Source: a virus (Duplodnaviria; Heunggongvirae; Uroviricota; Caudoviricetes). From it: a DNA stretch of 6,726 bases. The stretch lies in the IMG/VR virus record IMGVR_UViG_2534682087_000016, positions 1-6,726 of that record, one strand, 5' to 3'. Under the pieces are notes generated by a model that had not been told where the DNA came from, did not search any database, and worked only from the letters and a program-made list of their open reading frames with translations. A program made the translations under genes and the position numbers. Of the stretch, positions 1 through 6,726 are shown one piece after another; position 1 is the stretch's first letter, and each line of letters opens with the position of its first letter.

Positions 1-1410
<1,410 letters not shown>

Positions 1411-1427
1411 ATTTTATAACCCATAAC

Positions 1428-1452
1428 GGGCGTCAGAAATGACGCCTTTTTT
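1428..1452 (+). terminator. Rho-independent terminator downstream of J
   Basis: Perfect 7-bp stem GGCGTCA (1429-1435) / TGACGCC (1440-1446) with GAAA loop, followed directly by TTTTTT (1447-1452). Lies 18 nt after the J stop. Confidence 0.6.
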
Positions 1453-1465
1453 ATTGCAGAAAAGC

Positions 1466-1471
1466 GAGAGG
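1466..1471 (+). promoter_or_regulatory. Ribosome binding site for lom
   Basis: GAGAGG, 5 nt upstream of the ATG at 1477. Confidence 0.5.
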
Positions 1472-1476
1472 TAATT

Positions 1477-2074
1477 ATGCGTAAACTTTATGCCGCCATT
1501 TTGTCCGCAGCCATTTGTCTGGCCGTATCCGGTGCGCCTGCATGGGCGTCTGAACATCAGTCCACGCTGAGCGCGGGGTATCTTCATGCCTCGACGAACG
1601 TTCCCGGCAGCGATGATCTGAACGGGATTAACGTGAAATACCGTTATGAGTTTACGGACACACTGGGGATGGTGACGTCTTCAGCTATGCAGGAGACAAG
1701 AATCGCCAGTACCCGTTACAGCGATACCCGCTGGCATGAAGATTCCGTCGTAACCGCTGGTTCAGCGTATGGCGGGGCCGTCTGTGCGCGTGAATGAATG
1801 GTTCAGCGCGTATGCGATGGCGGGTGTGGCTTACAGCCGTGTGTCGACTTTCTCCGGGGATTATCTTCGCGTAACTGACAACAAGGGGAAAACGCACGAT
1901 GTACTGACCGGAAGTGATGACGGTCGCCACAGCAACACGTCTCTGGCGTGGGGGGCTGGCGTGCAGTTTAACCCGACCGAATCCGTGACCATTGACCTTG
2001 CTTATGAAGGTTCCGGTAGTGGCGACTGGCGATCGGATGCATTTATTGTTGGTATCGGATACCGTTTCTGACAA
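1477..2074 (+). pseudogene. lom: Lom outer-membrane protein (Ail/Lom/OmpX/PagC beta-barrel family), reading frame disrupted
   Basis: Start MRKLYAAILSAAICLAVSGAPAWA is a signal peptide. The gene is split between ORF 1477..1797 (frame 1) and ORF 1769..2071 (frame 2). By hand, the Lom-like sequence hops frames four times between ~1679 and ~1770: frame 1 …LGMVTS, frame 3 FSYAGDKNRQ (1680-1709), frame 1 TRYSDTRWHEDSV (1711-1749), frame 3 RNRWFSV (1749-1769), frame 2 MAGPSVRVNEWF… to the stop at 2072-2074. The second half (…GVAYSRVSTFSGDYLRVTDNKGKTHDVLTGSDDGRHSNTSLAWGAGVQFNPTE…GYRF) matches lambda Lom as I remember it. Confidence 0.75.
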
Positions 2075-2176
2075 CAGACGCCGATTTATCTTCTGTAAAT
2101 ATTGTTATGATACGCAGGTTCATCCACCTTATGGGGTGAACTGCGTTTGAGGAAACGTAAAGTTACACTGTCCTGA

Positions 2177-2208
2177 AGCCCGTGGCGTCACTGCTGCGGG
2201 CTTTTTTT
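2177..2208 (+). terminator. Rho-independent terminator between lom and stf
   Basis: Stem AAGCCCGTGGC (2177-2187) pairs with GCTGCGGGCTT (2192-2202), including three G-U pairs, around a 4-nt loop TCAC; a run of seven T (2202-2208) follows. Confidence 0.5.
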
Positions 2209-2211
2209 ATT

Positions 2212-2217
2212 GGTGGA
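2212..2217 (+). promoter_or_regulatory. Ribosome binding site for stf
   Basis: GGTGGA, 5-6 nt upstream of the ATG at 2223. Confidence 0.4.
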
Positions 2218-2567
2218 AAAGTATGACAGTAAAAATTTCTGGCGTGCTTAAAGATGGCACAGGAAAACCAGTACAGAACTGCACCATTGTGCTGAAGGCC
2301 AGACGAACCAGCAGCACGGTGGTGGTGAACACGGTGGCCTCTGAAAATCCGGATGAAGCCGGACGTTACAGCATGGATGTTGAGCATGGTCAGTACAGCG
2401 TCACCCTGCTGGTTGAAGGTTTTCCGCCTTCACATGCCGGGACCATTACCGTCTATGAAGGTTCCAGACCAGGTACGCTGAATGATTTTCTCGGTGCCAT
2501 GACGGAGGATGATGTCCGACCGGAGGCACTGCGCCGCTTTGAGCAGATGGTGGAAGAAGTGTCACGT

Positions 2568-3600
2568 AACGCCTCCGCGGTTGCACAGAATACGGCAGCC
2601 GCGAAAAAATCAGCCAGCGATGCCAGTGCATCAGCCAGCGAGGCGGTAACTCATGCAACCGATGCTGCAGCCTCAGCACGTGCCGCCAGCACGTCAGCCG
2701 GACAGGCCGCGTCGTCGGCTCAGTCAGCGTCTTCCAGCGCAGGAACGGCATCAACAAAGGCCAGTGAAGCATCGAAAAGTGCTGCTGCTGCAGAGTCCTC
2801 AAAAAGCGCGGCAGCTACCAGTGCCGCTGCGGCGAAAACGTCAGAAACGAATGCGGCAGCGTCACAACAATCAGCAGCCACTTCTGCATCCGCCGCGACC
2901 ACGAAGGCGTCAGAAGCAGCCACCTCAGCCCGGGATGCGGCGGCCTCAAAAGAGGCAGCGAAATCATCAGAAACGAACGCATCATCAAGCGCCAGTAGTG
3001 CCGCTTCCTCGGCAACGGCGGCAGGCAATTCCGCGAAGGCGGCAAAGACGTCTGAGACAAACGCCAGGTCTTCTGAAACGGCAGCGGGACAGAGCGCCTC
3101 AGCTGCGGCAGACTCAAAAACAGCGGCTGCATTATCTGCCAGTGCCGCGTCAACAAGTGCCGGGCAGGCCTCAGCCAGTGCCACCGCCGCCGGAAAATCG
3201 GCAGAAAGTGCTGCATCGTCTGCTTCAACAGCCACAACGAAGGCTGGCGAAGCCGCTGTACAGGCCAGCGCAGCAGCGAGGTCTGCTTCCGCAGCGAAGA
3301 CATCCGAGACGAACGCGAAAGCGTCGGAAACCAGCGCAGAATCCTCAAAAACGGCTGCCGCATCGTCCGCCAGTTCGGCGGCGTCATCGGCATCATCTGC
3401 GTCTGCTTCAAAAGATGAGGCGACCAGACAGGCGTCAGCAGCAAGGGAGCGCCACGACGGCATCCACGAAGGCGACAGAGGCAGCTGGCAGTGCGACGGC
3501 GCAGCTCAGAGCAAAAGTACGGCGGAATCGCGCAACGCGCGCTGAGACAGCGGCAAAACGGGCAGAGGATATTGCATCCGCCGTGGCGCTTGAGGATGCG
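2568..3600 (+). repeat. Low-complexity Ala/Ser/Thr/Lys/Glu-rich region of the Stf shaft, with reiterated AAKTSETNA-type motifs
   Basis: About 340 codons made almost only of A, S, T, K, E, G, Q and N. AAK(T/S)SETNA occurs four times, ASTSAGQA twice, and TTKA(S/G)EAA twice. The GCN-rich coding leaves other frames on both strands open, which generates the spurious ORFs here. Confidence 0.6.
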
Positions 3601-3603
3601 AGC

Positions 3604-3830
3604 ACGACGAAAAAGGGGATAGTACAGCTCAGCAGTGCGACCAACAGCACTTCCGAGTCACTGGCGGCAACGCCAAAAGCCGTTAAGGCCGCGTATGACC
3701 TGGCTAACGGGAAATACACCGCACAGGATGCAACGACAGCACAGAAAGGGATAATCCAGCTAAGCAGCGCGACCAACAGCACGTCTGAAACGCTTGCCGC
3801 GACACCAAAGGCAGTAAAAGCAGCCAATGA
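3604..3830 (+). repeat. Tandem duplication of a ~38-residue tail-fibre repeat
   Basis: [38 protein letters not shown] is followed by [38 protein letters not shown]; the two DNA copies are roughly three-quarters identical. Confidence 0.6.
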
Positions 3831-4804
3831 CAATGCTGAGAAACGTCTGCAGAAAGATCAGAACGGTGCGGATATCCCTGGCAAAGATACCTTTACGAAA
3901 AATATTGGTGCCTGCCGTGCCTTCGGTGGGTCAGTAAGCACAACAACAGGAAACTGGACGACTGCACAGTTTATCGAGTGGCTGGATTCTCAGGGAGCAT
4001 TTAACCATCCATACTGGATGTGCAAGGGTTCCTGGTCTTATGGCAATAATAAAATCATTACTGATACTGACTGCGGTAATATTCATCTCGCCGGAGCTGT
4101 CATTGAAGTAATGGGGATAAAGTCAGCGATGACGATCCGCATTACCACACCGACCACCTCCACTGGTGGTGGAACAACTAACGCCCAGTTTACCTATATT
4201 AATCACGGAACAGATTATTCACCTGGCTGGCGAAGGGACTATAACTCCAGAAATAAGCCAACGGCATCAGAGATCGGGGCGTTACCGTCAGGTGGAACAG
4301 CAGTATCATCAGTTAATCTGGCTTCAAAAGGTCGGGTAACCGCGCTGACAGACAATACGCAGGGGGCAGCAGGTCTTGAGTTATACGAGGTGTATAACAA
4401 CGGATATCCAACAGCGTATGGAAATATCATTCACCTGAAAGGGATGACAGCCGTTGGCGAAGGTGAGTTACTCATCGGCTGGAGTGGTACAAGCGGTGCT
4501 CATGCTCCGGCATTTATTCGTTCACGACGGGATACGACCGACGCAAACTGGTCGCCGTGGGCGCAGCTTTACACCTCGGCTCATCCTCCTGCAGAGTTTT
4601 ATCCAGTCGGTGCACCAATCCCGTGGCCATCAGATACCGTTCCGTCTGGTTATGCCCTGATGCAGGGGCAGACTTTTGACAAATCTGCATACCCGAAACT
4701 TGCAGTTGCTTATCCGTCAGGCGTGATCCCTGATATGCGTGGCTGGACGATTAAGGGCAAGCCCGCCAGTGGTCGGGCCGTATTATCTCAGGAACAGGAC
4801 GGCA

Positions 4805-5220
4805 TTAAATCGCACACCCACAGCGCCAGCGCATCCAGTACGGATTTGGGGACGAAAACCACATCGTCGTTTGATTACGGAACCAAATCCACGAATAACA
4901 CCGGGGCGCATACCCATAGTATTAGCGGGACCGCAAATAGTGCCGGTGCGCACCAACACAAGAGTTCCGGTGCATTTGGTGGCACGAACACGAGCATTTT
5001 CCCTAATGGTTATACCGCGATTTCAAATCTAAGCGCGGGGATTATGAGCACAACAAGCGGTAGTGGCCAGACTCGTAATGCAGGGAAGACATCATCAGAT
5101 GGTGCTCATACCCACTCGCTGTCCGGCACTGCTGCAAGCGCAGGCGCACATGCACATACTGTCGGTATTGGTGCTCATACGCACTCCGTTGCGATTGGTT
5201 CACATGGACACACCATCACC
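4805..5220 (+). repeat. His-x-His repeat region of the Stf distal tip
   Basis: Repeated motifs [73 protein letters not shown]. Interspersed HxH motifs are characteristic of the C-terminal domain shared by lambda Stf and T4 gp37. Confidence 0.6.
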
Positions 5221-5277
5221 GTTAACGCTGCTGGTAACGCGGAAAACACCGTCAAAAACATCGCATTTAACTATATT

Positions 5278-5283
5278 GTGAGG
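5278..5283 (+). promoter_or_regulatory. Ribosome binding site for tfa, inside the 3' end of stf
   Basis: GTGAGG, 8 nt upstream of the tfa ATG at 5292. The stf stop TAA (5290-5292) shares one base with that ATG (TAATG). Confidence 0.5.
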
Positions 5284-5291
5284 CTTGCATA

Positions 5292-5876
5292 ATGGCATTC
5301 AGAATAAGTGAACAACCACGGACCATAAAAATTTATAATCTGCTGTCCGGAACTAATGAATTTATTGGTGAAGGTGATGCATATATTCCGCCTCATACAG
5401 GTCTGCCAGCAAACAGTACCGACATTGCACCGCCAGATATTCCAGCTGGCTTCGTGGCTGTTTTCAACAGTGATGAGTTATCGTGGCATCTCGTTGAAGA
5501 TCATCGGGGTAAAACGGTTTATGACGTGGCTTCCGGCGACGCGTTATTTATTTCTGAACTCGGCTCATTACCGGAAAATGTCACCTGGTTATCCCCGGAA
5601 GGGGAGTTTCAGAAGTGGAACGGCACAGCCTGGGTGAAAGATGCAGAAGCAGAAAAACTATTCCGGATCCGGGAGGCGGAAGAAACAAAAAACAGCCTGA
5701 TGCAGGTAGCCAGTGAGCATATTGCGCCACTTCAGGATGCTGTAGATCTGGAAATCGCAACGGAGGAAGAAACCTCATTGCTGGAAGTCTGGAAAAAGTA
5801 TCGGGTGTTGCTGAACCGTGTTGATACATCAACTGCACCGGATATTGAATGGCCAACAGGACCCATTATCGAATAG
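5292..5876 (+). CDS. tfa: Tail fibre assembly protein Tfa (194 aa)
   Basis: Intact [65 protein letters not shown]… is near-identical to lambda Tfa as I remember it, with the same length. It sits directly downstream of stf and is translationally coupled to it. Confidence 0.92.
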   Translation: MAFRISEQPRTIKIYNLLSGTNEFIGEGDAYIPPHTGLPANSTDIAPPDIPAGFVAVFNSDELSWHLVEDHRGKTVYDVASGDALFISELGSLPENVTWLSPEGEFQKWNGTAWVKDAEAEKLFRIREAEETKNSLMQVASEHIAPLQDAVDLEIATEEETSLLEVWKKYRVLLNRVDTSTAPDIEWPTGPIIE

Positions 5877-5887
5877 TGCATTACGAA

Positions 5888-5926
5888 CTGCAGGATATTA
5901 TATGGGATAATATTCTGCAGTTTATT
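5888..5926 (+). terminator. Stem-loop terminator between the convergent tfa and GGDEF genes (stronger for the + strand)
   Basis: A 13-bp stem, CTGCAGGATATTA (5888-5900) pairing with TAATATTCTGCAG (5908-5920) with one G-U pair, around a 7-nt loop TATGGGA, followed by TTTATT (5921-5926). On the - strand the same hairpin is followed by a weaker U-tract. Confidence 0.5.
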
Positions 5927-5949
5927 GGGGCTGTATTTTAAAAAGGTGT

Positions 5950-6726
5950 TTATTTTGAGTGAGTTATCACCTTGTTCTTTCCGGTTCTTTTGGCTTGATA
6001 TAACGCTTTATCGGCATTGACTAACATTTCAGATGGACTGAGATTATTCTCTTTTGAAGTAAAACAACCAATACTGACGGTTATTTTCTCAGGTCCATGC
6101 GATAATAATTTTTTCGAGCATTGCTCTTCAATGTTTTTTCTGATTCGCTCTGCAATTGATAGCAAGAGCTTTTGAGTATTACCTTTAATGATAATACCGA
6201 ACTCCTCACCGCCTAAGCGCCCTAATATATCCTCTTTCCTGATGGATTTTTTTATTATTCTGGTAACCATTACTATGACTTGATCACCCATATGATGCCC
6301 CCATTTGTCATTGATGCTTTTGAAATTGTCAATATCTAACATTATTACTGAGAAATCATGGTGTTTTGATATATTCTTCAATGAGTCAATAAAGTATCTT
6401 CTATTGTATGTATTCGTTAGTGGATCATGAATTGCCATATGATTAGCATGATTTAATTTCCTGAAAACATAATACATGAGTGTTGAAATGATATAAATCA
6501 TTGATATCAATTCAAGAAATTTTGTCATGTACCATGCAGGATGGGATTTATCAATAAAATACAATAAAATTAGGTTATTGCATACTGACACTATACTAAT
6601 AAGTATTATACACAACCATATTTTTGAGTAATTACGTATGCTGATGCATGAGCTGATAAGTAATACAAGCCAAAATACTGATATTATTTTGGTGTACACG
6701 ATATTCCACGTCGACAAATGACGATT
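5950..6726 (-). CDS. Membrane-anchored diguanylate cyclase (GGDEF domain, GGEEF active site, RxxD I-site); N-terminus beyond the window
   Basis: The - strand ORF ends at the TAA at 5950-5952. The GGDEF domain motifs are all present: HDPLTNTYNRRYF, LDIDNFKSIND, GHHMGDQV, RLGGEEF (nt 6199-6219), TVSIGC, ADKALYQAKRTGKN. RKED lies 5 residues upstream of GGEEF. The N-terminal ~90 residues in the window are hydrophobic with at least three predicted transmembrane helices. The track's start at 6717 is a TTG codon and the frame stays open to 6726, so the gene is 5'-truncated by the window. GC is about 30%. Confidence 0.85.
   Translation of the reverse strand, partial: NRHLSTWNIVYTKIISVFWLVLLISSCISIRNYSKIWLCIILISIVSVCNNLILLYFIDKSHPAWYMTKFLELISMIYIISTLMYYVFRKLNHANHMAIHDPLTNTYNRRYFIDSLKNISKHHDFSVIMLDIDNFKSINDKWGHHMGDQVIVMVTRIIKKSIRKEDILGRLGGEEFGIIIKGNTQKLLLSIAERIRKNIEEQCSKKLLSHGPEKITVSIGCFTSKENNLSPSEMLVNADKALYQAKRTGKNKVITHSK

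Larger units (their letters stand above)
2223..5292 (+). pseudogene. stf: Side tail fibre protein Stf (~1020 codons), reading frame disrupted by three indels at ~3443-3535; N-terminal segment 2223-3443 and C-terminal segment ~3533-5292 are each intact
   Basis: ORF 2223..3545 (frame 3) opens MTVKISGVLKDGTGKPVQNCTI…, like the lambda Stf N-terminus, then runs into a long Ala/Ser/Thr-rich region. The C-terminal ~600 codons are in frame 1 and end …[31 protein letters not shown], the lambda Stf C-terminus as I remember it. Fibre-like sequence switches frame 3 to 1 near 3443-3445, frame 1 to 3 near 3500 ([10 protein letters not shown]) and frame 3 to 1 near 3532 ([18 protein letters not shown]…). 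The N-terminal part of track ORF 2653..5292 (Pro/Arg/Gln-rich) is alternative-frame junk, not protein. Confidence 0.8.

Noticed and set aside
1411-1476. Possible sigma70 promoter for lom (TATAAC at 1415-1420)
   Set aside because: No convincing -35 element at the right spacing, and a transcript starting there would run straight into the terminator hairpin at 1428-1452.
1685-2387. - strand ORFs 1685..2074 (antisense to lom) and 2163..2387 (spanning the lom-stf spacer into stf)
   Set aside because: Antisense to well-supported genes or crossing a terminator; Arg/His-rich, composition-driven translations.
3440-3545. Programmed ribosomal frameshifting as an explanation for the stf frame changes
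   Set aside because: Three alternating switches (+1, -1, +1) within 90 nt, no slippery heptamer and no downstream pseudoknot or hairpin at the switch points. Indels are the simpler explanation.
2446-3833. Four long - strand ORFs (2446..2802, 2720..3463, 2815..3444, 3435..3833) and the 5' part of + strand ORF 2653..5292
   Set aside because: All lie in alternative frames of the GCN-rich Ala/Ser/Thr shaft of stf. Their translations are homopolymer-like (Ala/Asp/Phe-rich or Pro/Arg/Gln-rich) and typical of out-of-frame reading of repetitive GC-rich codons, while the sense frame carries recognisable fibre sequence.
2223-5292. Diversity-generating retroelement or invertible-segment (shufflon, Pin/Gin type) host-range switching at the tail fibre
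   Set aside because: No reverse transcriptase, template/variable repeat pair, site-specific invertase or flanking inverted crossover sites are present in the window.
4239-5856. Short ORFs 4239..4430 (-), 4454..4660, 4739..5032, 5063..5281, 5356..5637 (+) and 5581..5856 (-)
   Set aside because: All are fully nested in alternative frames of the stf C-terminal domain or tfa, both of which have strong sense-frame support.
6715-6717. The TTG 'start' of the GGDEF ORF in the track
   Set aside because: The frame stays open through the last base of the window (codons for His-Arg-Asn precede it on the - strand), so this is a window-edge artefact, not the true initiation codon.
5950-6726. GGDEF gene as part of a cyclic-nucleotide anti-phage defence system (CBASS-like)
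   Set aside because: GGDEF cyclases are not CD-NTases, and no effector gene (nuclease, phospholipase, TIR or TM effector) is adjacent in the visible sequence. The 5' flank is outside the window, so this cannot be excluded, only unsupported.

Overview
This window reads as the distal tail / host-range module of a lambda-like (lambdoid) enterobacterial prophage, followed by an AT-rich cargo gene. Left to right on the + strand: the 3' ~1.4 kb of the tip attachment / host specificity gene J (frame open from base 1), a terminator, lom (reading frame broken by several small indels), a terminator, a ~3.07 kb side tail fibre gene stf (reading frame broken by three indels within ~90 nt), and an intact tail fibre assembly gene tfa whose start overlaps the stf stop (TAATG). 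Convergent to tfa on the - strand, a gene of ~30% GC (prophage genes ~55-60% GC by hand count) encodes a membrane-anchored GGDEF diguanylate cyclase with all catalytic motifs and an RxxD I-site intact; its N-terminus runs off the window edge. The two points most worth follow-up are the c-di-GMP synthase sitting in the cargo position directly downstream of the tail fibre genes, and the two tight clusters of frame-breaking indels in lom and stf, which are either genuine pseudogenisation or base-calling error. No tRNA, rRNA, CRISPR array, transposase or integrase is visible. Most other ORFs in the six-frame track are alternative-frame artefacts. Comparisons to lambda proteins are from memory, not from a search.
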